A DNA stretch of 64,000 bases from Candidatus Latescibacterota bacterium (lineage in GTDB: Bacteria > Latescibacterota > UBA2968 > UBA8231): assembly GCA_965203355.1 (NCBI GenBank), contig OZ241889.1:2368001-2432000 (forward strand), in the 5' to 3' direction. Of the stretch, positions 11,814 to 21,712 are shown in pieces. Positions within the stretch are counted from its first letter, which is position 1; each line of letters opens with the position of its first letter. The position numbers were made by a program, and so were the translations under genes. The notes below the pieces were generated by a model, which was not told the DNA's origin, did no database searches, and worked only from the letters and a program-made list of their open reading frames with translations.

Positions 11814-12347
11814 GTGGCGAAAACAGATACTAGCAAATCGAAATCCGACCCCAGCGGTGCAGAGCTGAACGAAGTTGTCGTCCAAAACAGCATCAAGCGA
11901 GTTTCGCATGTGCGCAAGGGCGGGCGGCGCTTCAGCTTTAGCGCGATGGTCGTAGTTGGCGACCGCAATGGCCGAGTGGGGTTTGGTGCTGGCAAAGCCG
12001 GCGAGATCGCCGAGGCCATCCGCAAAGGGGCCGAGGCGGCCAAAAAGAACGTTTTCGAGGTTCCGGTGACCGATGGGACCATACCGCATGAGGTCGTCGG
12101 AGCCTTCGGTGCAGCCAAAGTTCTTTTTAAGCCTGCTACTCCAGGAACCGGAATCATTGCCAGCGGTGGCACCCGCATCGTACTGGAGTTGGCTGGCGTC
12201 CACGATATTCTGACCAAATCTCTCGGCTCCAACAACGTGCAGAATTCAGTGAAGGCGACCGTCAAAGCACTGACACAACTGCGCAGTGCCGAGATGATAG
12301 CTCGGGAACGCGGGGTGCCAGTGGAATCGCTCCGCGCTTGGGATTGA
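11814..12347 (+). CDS. rpsE: 30S ribosomal protein S5
   Basis: [28 protein letters not shown]. Confidence 0.98.
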   Translation: MAKTDTSKSKSDPSGAELNEVVVQNSIKRVSHVRKGGRRFSFSAMVVVGDRNGRVGFGAGKAGEIAEAIRKGAEAAKKNVFEVPVTDGTIPHEVVGAFGAAKVLFKPATPGTGIIASGGTRIVLELAGVHDILTKSLGSNNVQNSVKATVKALTQLRSAEMIARERGVPVESLRAWD

Positions 12348-12353
12348 CAGCCA

Positions 12354-12536
12354 ATGAAACTGGTCATTACGCAGCGGCGCAGTGCCATCGGTCGCGCCAA
12401 AAGTCAAAAGGCAACGATCTCGGCCTTGGGAATCAAGCGTCTATATCAACAGGTCGTCCACGACGACACGCCGCAGATCCGGGGCATGATCGCCAAAGTC
12501 AAACATCTGGTTTCAGTTGAGGAAATAGCAAATTAA
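12354..12536 (+). CDS. rpmD: 50S ribosomal protein L30
   Basis: RSAIGR..QKAT..ALG..IRGMI.KVKHLV. Confidence 0.97.
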   Translation: MKLVITQRRSAIGRAKSQKATISALGIKRLYQQVVHDDTPQIRGMIAKVKHLVSVEEIAN

Positions 12537-12549
12537 GCGAGAGTGTGCC

Positions 12550-12999
12550 ATGCGTCTAGAAAACATAAAATGCCCTCCGGGGTCTAAGCGGAATCGCAAG
12601 CGGTTGGGGCAAGGGCCGGGTTCGGGAACGGGCAAAACCGCAGGCAAAGGCCACAAAGGCCAGCGGGCTAGATCCGGTGCTAGGCGCGGCAACCGCATTG
12701 GGTTCACCGGCGGGACATTACCGCTGTATCGCCACATCCCCAAAGTGGGTTTTTCCAATCACAAATTCAAAACGACCTATCAGGTCGTCAATCTGCGGGA
12801 CCTCGAAGAGCGGGGATTCAGCGGGCCAGTCGGGCCAGAGCAAATGGCTACTGCCGGATTGATCGCCAAGCCATCGGGGCTACTGAAGGTCCTAGGCGAA
12901 GGGGAACTGAGTCAGCCTCTGACGGTCAAGGCGCACAAATTCTCCGCTGCGGCAGCAGAGAAGATCGCCAGAGCGGGCGGCCAAGCCGAGGTGATTTGA
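12550..12999 (+). CDS. rplO: 50S ribosomal protein L15
   Basis: GSGTGKTAGKGHKGQRARSG, KVLGEGEL. Confidence 0.98.
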   Translation: MRLENIKCPPGSKRNRKRLGQGPGSGTGKTAGKGHKGQRARSGARRGNRIGFTGGTLPLYRHIPKVGFSNHKFKTTYQVVNLRDLEERGFSGPVGPEQMATAGLIAKPSGLLKVLGEGELSQPLTVKAHKFSAAAAEKIARAGGQAEVI

Positions 13000-14342
13000 T
13001 GCGGTTGGTGCAGAGTTTCCAAAACTGCTTCAAAATTCCCGACTTGCGGCGGCGCATTCTCTTTACTGTAGGGCTTTTGGTCGTCTATCGCATCGGTGGT
13101 CAGATCACGGTCCCCGGCGTCGAGTTGGTCGTGCTCAAAGAGTACTTTGAAAGTGCCGGGAACACCCTCTTTGGGTTGTACGACATGTTTGTGGGCGGTG
13201 CTTTCACCCGTGGGACAATATTCGCGCTGGGCATCATGCCCTATATTAGTGCCTCAATCATTTTGCAGTTGCTAGGCGCGGTTATTCCCTACTTCCAGAA
13301 ATTGCAGCGCGAAGGCGAAGAGGGGCGCAAAAAAATTACTCAGTACACGCGCTACGGTACGGTTTTTCTAGCGGCCGCTCAATCCTATGGCGTCAGTTTT
13401 TTTATTACCAACATCAAGGCCCCGTACTCGGGCCAGCCGGCTGTTGCCGACCCAGGTATTGGCTTTACGCTAGCGACTATGCTGACGATCACTACTGGCA
13501 CGATCTTTATCATGTGGTTGGGCGAGCAGATCACAGAACGCGGTATTGGCAACGGCATTTCCCTGATCATCTTCATCGGCATCGTCGCCGAATTGCCTTA
13601 CGCGATCGGTCAGGAATACAATCTCTTTATCATCAATCGCGGTTTCAGTAAGAATATCATTGAAGAGATCTTCCTCGTCGCGCTCATGTTTGCCGTAGTG
13701 GCCTTTGTGATCTTGCTGACTCAGGGGCTGCGCAAAATTCCCGTTCAGTACGCCAAGCGCGTCGTCGGGCGTCGGGTTTACGGTGGCCAGACCACGCACA
13801 TTCCCTTGCGGATCAACACCGCGGGCGTGATTCCGATCATATTTGCCCAGTCGATTATGTTTCTACCCGGCACGATCACGCAGATGTTTCCAGGCCACGA
13901 GTTCATGCTGGCGATAGGTTCGTTTTTCTCGACCGAACACCTGTTTTATTGGTTCGTTTATGGGTTGATGATAATCTTCTTTGCGTATTTTTATACGGCC
14001 ATCGTCATGGATCCCAACCAGCTTGCGGACAACATGAAAAAGCACGGGGGATTCATCCCGGGCGTCCGTCCCGGTCCCCGGACTGCCCAGCACATTGATG
14101 GCATTATGACGCGCATTACCCTGCCAGGCTCTATCGCCCTCGCTATGGTAGCCATTTTTCCTTTCTTCGTCACCAAGCAATTCAACGTGGCTCCTTCTTT
14201 TGCCCAGTTTTTTGGTGGGACAGGGCTTTTAATTGTCGTTGGCGTAGCTTTAGATACCTTGCAGCAGTTAGAGTCCCAGCTAATGACGCGCCACTACGAA
14301 GGATTTATGAAGCGCGGCAAGATTCAGGGACGCCGCGGCTAA
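12999..14342 (+). CDS. secY: Preprotein translocase SecY
   Basis: IFALGIMPYISASII, WLGEQITERGIGNGISLII, IPGVRPG, GGTGLLIVV. Confidence 0.99.
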   Translation: MRLVQSFQNCFKIPDLRRRILFTVGLLVVYRIGGQITVPGVELVVLKEYFESAGNTLFGLYDMFVGGAFTRGTIFALGIMPYISASIILQLLGAVIPYFQKLQREGEEGRKKITQYTRYGTVFLAAAQSYGVSFFITNIKAPYSGQPAVADPGIGFTLATMLTITTGTIFIMWLGEQITERGIGNGISLIIFIGIVAELPYAIGQEYNLFIINRGFSKNIIEEIFLVALMFAVVAFVILLTQGLRKIPVQYAKRVVGRRVYGGQTTHIPLRINTAGVIPIIFAQSIMFLPGTITQMFPGHEFMLAIGSFFSTEHLFYWFVYGLMIIFFAYFYTAIVMDPNQLADNMKKHGGFIPGVRPGPRTAQHIDGIMTRITLPGSIALAMVAIFPFFVTKQFNVAPSFAQFFGGTGLLIVVGVALDTLQQLESQLMTRHYEGFMKRGKIQGRRG

Positions 14343-14363
14343 ACCTCACTTGGAGCGAGAACC

Positions 14364-14480
14364 GTGAAAGTTAGAGCATCTGTCAGCAAGCGCTGTAACG
14401 AGTGTAAAATCGTCCGTCGGCATGGGGTCGTGCGCGTTATATGCAAGCGCAATCCCCGCCACAAACAGAAACAAGGCTGA
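14364..14480 (+). CDS. rpmJ: 50S ribosomal protein L36 (absent from ORF track; GTG start)
   Basis: Manual translation [38 protein letters not shown]; GGAG RBS. Confidence 0.97.
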   Translation: MKVRASVSKRCNECKIVRRHGVVRVICKRNPRHKQKQG

Positions 14481-14491
14481 GGAACAACATA

Positions 14492-14872
14492 ATGGCGCGC
14501 ATAGCAGGTGTAGATTTACCCCGCGACAAGCGGGTCGCCATTGCATTGACTTATATCTTTGGCATTGGACACACAACGGCCAGTCGCATTGCCTCGCAGG
14601 CGAGGATTGAGCCCCAGACTCGCATCAGCGAGTTGAGCGAAGATCAGGTCAGCAGTTTGCGCTCGATCATTGAGGTCAGCCACAAGGTCGAAGGTAGTCT
14701 GCGCGGCGAAACTACTATGAATATCAAGCGGCTGATGGACATCGGCTGCTATCGGGGTTTGCGGCACCGTCGCGGACTGCCGGCCAATGGTCAGCGCACT
14801 AAGACCAACGCCCGTACGCGCAAAGGGCCGCGGCGAGCTATTGCTGGCAAGAAAAAGGCCCCCGTCAAATAG
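14492..14872 (+). CDS. rpsM: 30S ribosomal protein S13
   Basis: [35 protein letters not shown]. Confidence 0.98.
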   Translation: MARIAGVDLPRDKRVAIALTYIFGIGHTTASRIASQARIEPQTRISELSEDQVSSLRSIIEVSHKVEGSLRGETTMNIKRLMDIGCYRGLRHRRGLPANGQRTKTNARTRKGPRRAIAGKKKAPVK

Positions 14873-14899
14873 ATCAACCCAAACGGAGAGGATTGACCT

Positions 14900-15289
14900 G
14901 TGCCGCCCGAAAGACGCAAGAAACGCAAGAAAGCAAAACAGGTAGAGGCTGTGGGCATGGCTCACATTCTAGCCACGTTCAACAATACGATTATCACGCT
15001 TACCGATACTAGGGGCAATGTGATTTCTTGGGCGACCCCAGGGAAAATGAGCATCAAGGGCAGTCGCAAATCTACGCCCTTTGCTGGCCAGCTCGCCGCT
15101 GAAAGAGCCGCTCAAGAAGCCATGAATATGGGATTGCGCCGCGTGGAGGTGTGGGTCAAGGGGCCGGGAGTAGGGCGCGAGTCCGCCATCCGCGCTTTGC
15201 AAAACGCCGGGCTCGAGATTTCCGCCATCCGCGACGTGACGCCCATGCCGCACAACGGCTGTCGGCCACCCAAGCGTCGCCGCGTTTAG
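14900..15289 (+). CDS. rpsK: 30S ribosomal protein S11
   Basis: [35 protein letters not shown]. Confidence 0.99.
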   Translation: MPPERRKKRKKAKQVEAVGMAHILATFNNTIITLTDTRGNVISWATPGKMSIKGSRKSTPFAGQLAAERAAQEAMNMGLRRVEVWVKGPGVGRESAIRALQNAGLEISAIRDVTPMPHNGCRPPKRRRV

Positions 15290-15305
15290 AGGAGCTAACC
15301 ACGTT

Positions 15306-15932
15306 ATGAGCAGGCATACAGGTCCAAACTGTCGCTTCTGCCGCCGGGAAGGAGCCAAACTCTTCCTCAAAGGCGAGCGCTGCAATCTCGAGAAATGCTC
15401 CTTTGAGCGGCGTAGCTATGCCCCGGGCCAACACGGTCAGGGCTTGCGGCGCAAGCAGTCTGACTACAGTGTGCAGCTACGGGCCAAGCAAAAACTTTCT
15501 CGGCTCTACGGAATCCGCGAAAGCCAGTTCAGGGGCTATTACAAGGAGGCGTCGCGCGTGCCGGGTGTCAGTGGCGAAAACCTATTGCGTCTGTTAGAGC
15601 GTCGCCTCGACAACATTGTCTATCGGCTCGGTTTCGCGCCGTCGCGTAAGGCTGCACGCCAGTTGGTGCGCCACAACCATATCGTGGTAAACGGCAAACG
15701 GGTTAATATCCCTTCCTACCTGACCCGGATGGGCGATGTGGTACAGGTCGCCGAGCGAAGTCGCCCGCTAGAGGCTATTCACGAATCGCTGCGGCGCTCG
15801 CGGGAGATTGTGCCTTGGTTGGCCATAGATAAGGTCAACCTGACTGGGACTGTAGCGGAGATTCCCAGCCGCGAAGACATTCCCACAGTCGCCGAAGAAC
15901 AACTGGTCATCGAATTTTATTCTCGCGTCTAA
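15306..15932 (+). CDS. rpsD: 30S ribosomal protein S4
   Basis: CRREG.KLFLKG, PGQHG, LERRLDNIVYRLG, IEFYSR. Confidence 0.99.
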   Translation: MSRHTGPNCRFCRREGAKLFLKGERCNLEKCSFERRSYAPGQHGQGLRRKQSDYSVQLRAKQKLSRLYGIRESQFRGYYKEASRVPGVSGENLLRLLERRLDNIVYRLGFAPSRKAARQLVRHNHIVVNGKRVNIPSYLTRMGDVVQVAERSRPLEAIHESLRRSREIVPWLAIDKVNLTGTVAEIPSREDIPTVAEEQLVIEFYSRV

Positions 15933-15975
15933 AGATTTACTCCGCCCAATCCATCAAGGGGTAAGAGGCTAACAT

Positions 15976-16995
15976 ATGAAATTAGAAGGTCTCCAGATGC
16001 CGAGGCTGGCCGAGGTTGAAAAAGAAAGCCTCAGCGAGACGTATGGCATGTTTGTCGTCCAACCGCTCGAGCGCGGTTTTGGCGTTTCTATAGGGCACGC
16101 ACTGCGTCGCGTCTTGTTGTCTTTTATCCAAGGGGCGGCGATCAAGCAAGTCAATATCCAAGGCGTACATCACGAGTTTTCCACGATTGAAGGGGTGCGC
16201 GAGGATGTGCCGGAGATCGTGCGCAACTTCAAAGAAGTGGCACTTCGCTATAATGGCGAAGAGGACCGCGTCTTGCGCGTCGAGCGCACGACAGAAGGAG
16301 CCTTGGTGGCCAAGGACTTAGAAGTGGACCCCAGTGTCGAGGTTTTGAATCCCGACCTACATATTGCCACCTTGGATAAAGGGGCTTCTCTGAAAATGGA
16401 ACTGACGGTTGGCTGTGGTCGTGGCTACCGGTTCGCTGAGGAAAACAAAATTCCCGAGCAGCCCATTGGTGCTATTCCTCTCGACGCGAACTTTTCGCCG
16501 GTTCTCAAGGTCCACTACGACATCGAGAACGCCCGTGTTGGGCGGCGCACCGACTACGACAAGTTGATTATGGAAGTCTGGACCGATGGCTCCGTGCTTC
16601 CCGAGGATGCCATGTCCCAAGCCGCCCAAATCCTGACTAAACACCTAAACCTTTTTGTCAATAATTTTACAGAAGGGCCCGAAGGCACTGAGGAAAAGGA
16701 AGTTGACGAAGAGGCCAAGAAGATCGCTCAACTTTTGCAAACACCCATCGAAGAGATTGAGTTGACGGTGCGGTCGGCCAACTGCCTCAAAGTCGCAGGG
16801 ATTACCCACCTCAAGGATTTGGTGTCGCGCACGGAGGCCGAGATGTTGCAGTATCGCAACTTCGGCCGCAAATCGCTTGATGAGTTGCAGAAAATACTCG
16901 AGGAAAACAATCTTAGCTGGGGTATGGACCTGACTCCGTACGACGGCATTGAGATCGACCAAACAGCGGACAATCCGCTGGCGGAAGAATTCTAG
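15976..16995 (+). CDS. rpoA: RNA polymerase alpha subunit
   Basis: [36 protein letters not shown]. Confidence 0.99.
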   Translation: MKLEGLQMPRLAEVEKESLSETYGMFVVQPLERGFGVSIGHALRRVLLSFIQGAAIKQVNIQGVHHEFSTIEGVREDVPEIVRNFKEVALRYNGEEDRVLRVERTTEGALVAKDLEVDPSVEVLNPDLHIATLDKGASLKMELTVGCGRGYRFAEENKIPEQPIGAIPLDANFSPVLKVHYDIENARVGRRTDYDKLIMEVWTDGSVLPEDAMSQAAQILTKHLNLFVNNFTEGPEGTEEKEVDEEAKKIAQLLQTPIEEIELTVRSANCLKVAGITHLKDLVSRTEAEMLQYRNFGRKSLDELQKILEENNLSWGMDLTPYDGIEIDQTADNPLAEEF

Positions 16996-16997
16996 CC

Positions 16998-17393
16998 ATG
17001 AGACACGGAAAAAAAATAGCCAAACTGGGGCGCACGGCTCCGCATCGCAAAGCCATGTTGTCCAACATGATGGCCTCGCTTTTTATCAACGAACGCATCA
17101 CCACCACTCAGACGCGTGCCAAGGAACTCAAGCGCACGGCCGAGCGGATGCTGACTTGCGCCAAGAAAGGCGACTTGCACGCCCGTCGCCAAGTGTTGCG
17201 CGTTATAGCCGATAAGCAGGTGGTCGCCAAGCTGTTTGACGAACTAGGCCCGCGCTACAAAAGCCGCAGCGGAGGCTATACGCGCCTGATCAAGTTGGGG
17301 CCGCGTCGCGGCGACGGGGCGTTTATGAGCATAGTCGAGCTCGTAGATCGCCCGGGGGCAGCCGCAGAAGAAACTCAGGAGGCCGAAGAATAA
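16998..17393 (+). CDS. rplQ: 50S ribosomal protein L17
   Basis: MRH....KLGR..HRKA, GGYTR.IKLG.RRGD. Confidence 0.99.
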   Translation: MRHGKKIAKLGRTAPHRKAMLSNMMASLFINERITTTQTRAKELKRTAERMLTCAKKGDLHARRQVLRVIADKQVVAKLFDELGPRYKSRSGGYTRLIKLGPRRGDGAFMSIVELVDRPGAAAEETQEAEE

Positions 17394-17415
17394 GGTGGGC
17401 GTCCAAAGCAGTAGC

Positions 17416-17456
17416 GACGGGGCAAGATGATAACCATCTTGTCCCGTTTGCATTTT
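17416..17456 (+). terminator. Intrinsic terminator after rplQ
   Basis: 14-bp stem GACGGGGCAAGATG/CATCTTGTCCCGTT with 5-nt loop, then T-rich tail. Confidence 0.75.
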
Positions 17457-17469
17457 AGATAGAGATCAT

Positions 17470-18828
17470 GTGAAAAGAGGAGATCGCATCGAGGTCGAGA
17501 TCGCTGCGCTCACCACCAAGGGCGACGGGATGGCTTATGTCGGGCACCGCGAGGTCGTCGTGCGTCAGTCTGTTCCTGGAGACCGGGTCTCCGCCCGGAT
17601 CGTCAAGAAGCGCAAGGGACGTTTCGAGGCCGAGATAGAAGAGTTCCTTACAGAAGGCTACAAACGCGAGGCGCCTCGCTGCGCTCATTTTGGACATTGC
17701 GGTGGCTGTCGCTGGCAGGAATTGCCGTACGCGGCTCAGCTTGTCGTCAAGGAGCAGATGGTCGCTAGCGCATTGGCGACGAGCGGACTAATGCTGCCGG
17801 TCGCCGCACCGATTTTGCCCAGTCCGACTCCCTTTTTCTACCGCAACAAGATGGAATTTTCCTTTGGTACGGATCGCACGGGCTTGCTGCAACTGGGCTT
17901 GCACGTACGCGGGCGTTTCAATTGGATCTTCGACGTCGAAGAGTGCCATCTACAGTCTGACATTTCCAACCGCATCGTCGGAGCGGTCCGTCGCATCAGC
18001 CAAGCGTTGGGCCTGAGCGCGTACGACCTAAAACGGCACCAAGGACTGCTGCGCTTCTTGGTCGTCCGCGAGGGCAAGCGGAGCGGAGAAGTAATGGTCA
18101 ACCTCGTCGTGTCCGCGTATCCCGACCGAGGCGTCCAACAACTCGCCGAGCAGTTATTGGATGCTGTATCTGAAATTGATGTTTTGCTCGTCACCTTACA
18201 TACCGGCAAGGCCCAAGTCGCAGCCGGAGAGCGCGAATTTGTGCTCGAGGGAAGCGGGCGCATCACCGAAGTGTGCGCTGGTCTCGAATTCGACATTTCT
18301 CCCCAGTCCTTTTTTCAGACGAACACACTGCAAGCCGAGCGACTCTATGAGGTCATAGCCCGCGTGGCTGGGCCGCAAAAAGCGGTGTTGGACTTGTACT
18401 GCGGCACCGGCAGCATCAGCCTGCTGTTGGCGCGCCAGTCTCAGTTTGTGTTGGGCATTGAAGTGGTCGCTGAAGCAGTCGAGGACGCTGGGCGCAATGC
18501 CGTGCGCAATCAGATAGGACACTGCGAGTTCGCGGTCGGCGCAGCCGAGGACATACTGGGGGAATTGGCGGTACAAGGCCAGCATTTTGATCTGGCTGTC
18601 GTCGATCCCCCGCGCCCTGGAATCCACAAAAAGGCACTGGCTGGTCTATGCGCGTTGGCACCGCCGCGCATTATTTACGTCTCCTGTAACGTCCATGCGC
18701 TAGCCGGTGATTTGCGCACCTTGGGCCAAGCTGGCTATGGTGTTCGCAGCGTACAGCCCGTAGATATGTTTCCCCAAACGCCGCACTGCGAAGTGGTCGT
18801 CGAGTTGTGCAGGCAGGTCGCCCCGTGA
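17470..18828 (+). CDS. rlmD: 23S rRNA m5U methyltransferase, RlmD/RumA family (TRAM + 4Fe-4S)
   Basis: CAHFGHCGGC, YRNKMEF, SFFQTN, LDLYCGTG, DPPR.G, YVSCN, DMFPQT.H.E. Confidence 0.93.
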   Translation: MKRGDRIEVEIAALTTKGDGMAYVGHREVVVRQSVPGDRVSARIVKKRKGRFEAEIEEFLTEGYKREAPRCAHFGHCGGCRWQELPYAAQLVVKEQMVASALATSGLMLPVAAPILPSPTPFFYRNKMEFSFGTDRTGLLQLGLHVRGRFNWIFDVEECHLQSDISNRIVGAVRRISQALGLSAYDLKRHQGLLRFLVVREGKRSGEVMVNLVVSAYPDRGVQQLAEQLLDAVSEIDVLLVTLHTGKAQVAAGEREFVLEGSGRITEVCAGLEFDISPQSFFQTNTLQAERLYEVIARVAGPQKAVLDLYCGTGSISLLLARQSQFVLGIEVVAEAVEDAGRNAVRNQIGHCEFAVGAAEDILGELAVQGQHFDLAVVDPPRPGIHKKALAGLCALAPPRIIYVSCNVHALAGDLRTLGQAGYGVRSVQPVDMFPQTPHCEVVVELCRQVAP

Positions 18829-20195
18829 GTGAGAAACGCCATACGCAGCCACGGCTCTTGGTCGTGTTGCCCGAATCCCAACAGGCCCGGGCCCTGATTT
18901 TCTATCTAGAACAACAGGCGTACGAAGTGCTCTGGGCGCACGAGGGGCAGAGCGCGTACGACATTCTCGACGCCGACGCGGTTGATGCGCTGATTTACGC
19001 CTTGCGCGAGAAGCGCATCAATGGGTTGCGGATTCAGCAACTAGCCCACAAGCGCAATCCGGCCATCTGCGCGATTGCCATCGCCGGTCCCGAAGACATT
19101 GAGTTGGGGGTTGAAGCGATGCGCCAAGGGGCCTACGACTTTCAACTCCAGCCGCTGAATTTTGCCAAGGTCGGCGCGGTGTTGGAAAAGGGCCTGCGCT
19201 ACCAACAGCTAGTGGGGGAAGTCTCTGATCTACAACGCCGTTTGGACGAGCGCTACCGCTTTGACGACATCGCCCGCCGCTCGTCGCCGTGGCAGCGCAT
19301 TTACCTCCAGATCGAACAGGTGGCTCAATCGCGGACGAGCGTTTTGATCGCTGGCGAGACCGGCACGGGCAAGGGCGAGGTGGCAAAGGCCATCCACCAA
19401 TGGAGTCGGCGGCGGGAAAACGCCTTTGTCGAAATAAACTGCGGCGCCCTGCCGGAGAGCTTGGTCGAAAACGAGCTTTTTGGCCACGAGAAGGGAGCCT
19501 ATACCGGAGCTGTAGCCGCGCGCAAGGGCCGCTTTGAACTGGCCGATCAAGGCACCTTGTTTCTCGACGAAGTCGGGGACATTTCCCCGCCGACGCAAGT
19601 AAAGCTCCTGAGAGTGATTCAGGACGGCTGCTTTGAGCGGATCGGCGGCACCCAGACCCGGCGGGTCGATGTGCGCCTGATCGCGGCGACACACCGCGAT
19701 CTAGAAGCCATGGTGCAGGAAGGCACCTTCCGGGCCGATCTCTTCTATCGGCTCAACGTGATCAAGATCGAAGTGCCGCCCTTGCGCGAGTGCCGCGAGG
19801 ACATACCCATTCTGGCCGACGCGTTTATCCGGCAGTTCGCCGCCGAGAACAGCAAGCGTATCGAGGGCATCCGGCCGCGTGCTTTAGACGTGTTGCGCGA
19901 CTACGACTGGCCGGGCAATGTGCGGGAGTTAAAAAACTGCATCGAAGGCATGGTCGTCATGAGTGCCCATGAAGGCGTACTCGAAGTTGGGGACATCCCG
20001 CGCTACATAAACCGCCAAGAGCGCGTTTTCCCCGGATTGGATTTTCGCGTCGGCATGAGTATGGCCGAGATCGAACAGAGGGCCATTGCCGAGACGCTGA
20101 AGGCCGTTGGCCACGACCGGCGGCGGGCGGCCGAGATCCTGCAAATCGGCCTCAGTACGCTCTACCGCAAGGTAAAACAGTACGGTGGGATTTAG
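18825..20195 (+). CDS. Sigma54-dependent enhancer-binding protein (NtrC-like) with degenerate receiver
   Basis: GETGTGK, ELFGHEKGAYTGA, LFLDEVG, FRADLFYRL, WPGNVREL, Fis HTH; GTG overlaps rlmD stop. Confidence 0.93.
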   Translation: MSEKRHTQPRLLVVLPESQQARALIFYLEQQAYEVLWAHEGQSAYDILDADAVDALIYALREKRINGLRIQQLAHKRNPAICAIAIAGPEDIELGVEAMRQGAYDFQLQPLNFAKVGAVLEKGLRYQQLVGEVSDLQRRLDERYRFDDIARRSSPWQRIYLQIEQVAQSRTSVLIAGETGTGKGEVAKAIHQWSRRRENAFVEINCGALPESLVENELFGHEKGAYTGAVAARKGRFELADQGTLFLDEVGDISPPTQVKLLRVIQDGCFERIGGTQTRRVDVRLIAATHRDLEAMVQEGTFRADLFYRLNVIKIEVPPLRECREDIPILADAFIRQFAAENSKRIEGIRPRALDVLRDYDWPGNVRELKNCIEGMVVMSAHEGVLEVGDIPRYINRQERVFPGLDFRVGMSMAEIEQRAIAETLKAVGHDRRRAAEILQIGLSTLYRKVKQYGGI

Positions 20196-21691
20196 CGGCG
20201 TTGATTGTAGTAGTATTTGACGAGCGAGTTGAGTGCCTCTTGGGGAGCGGTAACCACGTCCGCGTCAATGCAGAACTGGTTCAACCCAGCCAGCTTGAGG
20301 CCATGCCCGTAGTCGCTGAACATTTCTTCGCACAATTCGCCGGGTGCCATGTTCCGCGTGCTGGCTAGGGCCTCAAGCTGCGCGGAGGCTTCTGGCGTGA
20401 TCTCCAAGGCGATGTCGTGTTCGCGTTGAAAGCTGTCGAGAAAGCGGCTCAGCGAAGTATCTTGGAGCAAGCGTTCCAGACCAGCCGCCGGGTCGAGGAC
20501 GGTATCGGCCCCAACGGCAAAGTGCTCGACGCCAACGGAAGGGAGCTTCTTTTCGTAATTGAGCAACACCTTTTCAATGGCGCTGACCAAGCCTCGGGCA
20601 CCAATGTGCTCGGCGTGGGCACGCTCGGCTAACAGAGCGAGGGCCTCATCGGCAAATTCGACCTCAATGCCATAGGCGCGGAAGTCGCGCTTCTTGGACA
20701 GGACGACGCTGCTTTTTGGGTTGCGGAGAATTTCGAGGAGATCTTCCGGGCCGAGGTCGTGTAGCACGGCGATGACCGGTAAACGCCCAATGAACTCGGA
20801 CTCGAATCCGTATTTGATCAGGTCCTCGGCCCGCACGTGGGACAGGAGCTGATCGTCATTGATCTGGGCTTGATCGGCTTGGGAGCGGAACCCTATGGCG
20901 CCTTTGTTGAGCCGACGGCCAATGATTTCGTCCAGCCCGGAAAAGGCCCCGCTGACGATAAAGAGGATGTTGCGCGTGTTGATCTTCTGGCGTTCGATTT
21001 TGCCCGTCTGCTGCATCTGGATGACGGATTCCATTTGCGAGGCAATGTCGTGCGGGGCCTTGAGGTCGACGTCGGTTTCCTCCATCAGCTTGAGCAGGTT
21101 GCGCTGGACGCCCGAGCGCGACACATCCGGGCCGTGTACTCCCTGCGCGGAGGCGATTTTGTCGATTTCGTCGATGTATATGATGCCGTACTGAGCGCGT
21201 TCGATGTCGCCGTTGGCCTCGCGGACTAGGTCGCGGACCAAGTCTTCGACATCGCCGCCGACATAGCCGGTTTCGCTGAATTTGGTGGCGTCGCCCTTGA
21301 CGAAAGGGACGCCGATTTTGCGGGCGATGAGGCGGATTAAATAGGTTTTGCCCACACCGGTAGGGCCGACCATCAGCACGTTGTTCTTGATGTTGCCGAC
21401 GAATCCCTCGTCTTCTTCCGGGGGCAGTTTTAGGCGGTTGAAGTGCGTGCAGATCTTGGTGGCGAGAATGGCCTTGGCTTCTTGCTGCTTGATGACGTAC
21501 TGATCGAGATAGGCCTCTAATTCTTCCGGTTTGAGGTCGAAGTGGATGGCCTCAGACTCGGTGATCTGCGTACCTTCGCCTTGGGTGGAGGATGCTTCGG
21601 GCTGGGCTTGCTCTTGTTCTTTGATTTGTCTAGCTAGGAGACGACGCAGTTTTTCTGGATCGATCTCCACTTTTTCAGCACGCGGTTTCAT
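20192..21691 (-). CDS. ClpX-like AAA+ ATPase without the N-terminal zinc finger
   Basis: GPTGVGKT, DATKFSETGYVGGDVE, IYIDEIDKI, IGF loop, EFIGRLP, GARGL. Confidence 0.85.
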   Translation of the reverse strand: MKPRAEKVEIDPEKLRRLLARQIKEQEQAQPEASSTQGEGTQITESEAIHFDLKPEELEAYLDQYVIKQQEAKAILATKICTHFNRLKLPPEEDEGFVGNIKNNVLMVGPTGVGKTYLIRLIARKIGVPFVKGDATKFSETGYVGGDVEDLVRDLVREANGDIERAQYGIIYIDEIDKIASAQGVHGPDVSRSGVQRNLLKLMEETDVDLKAPHDIASQMESVIQMQQTGKIERQKINTRNILFIVSGAFSGLDEIIGRRLNKGAIGFRSQADQAQINDDQLLSHVRAEDLIKYGFESEFIGRLPVIAVLHDLGPEDLLEILRNPKSSVVLSKKRDFRAYGIEVEFADEALALLAERAHAEHIGARGLVSAIEKVLLNYEKKLPSVGVEHFAVGADTVLDPAAGLERLLQDTSLSRFLDSFQREHDIALEITPEASAQLEALASTRNMAPGELCEEMFSDYGHGLKLAGLNQFCIDADVVTAPQEALNSLVKYYYNQRR

Positions 21692-21712
21692 ATATTAACC
21701 TTATAGGAAAGG

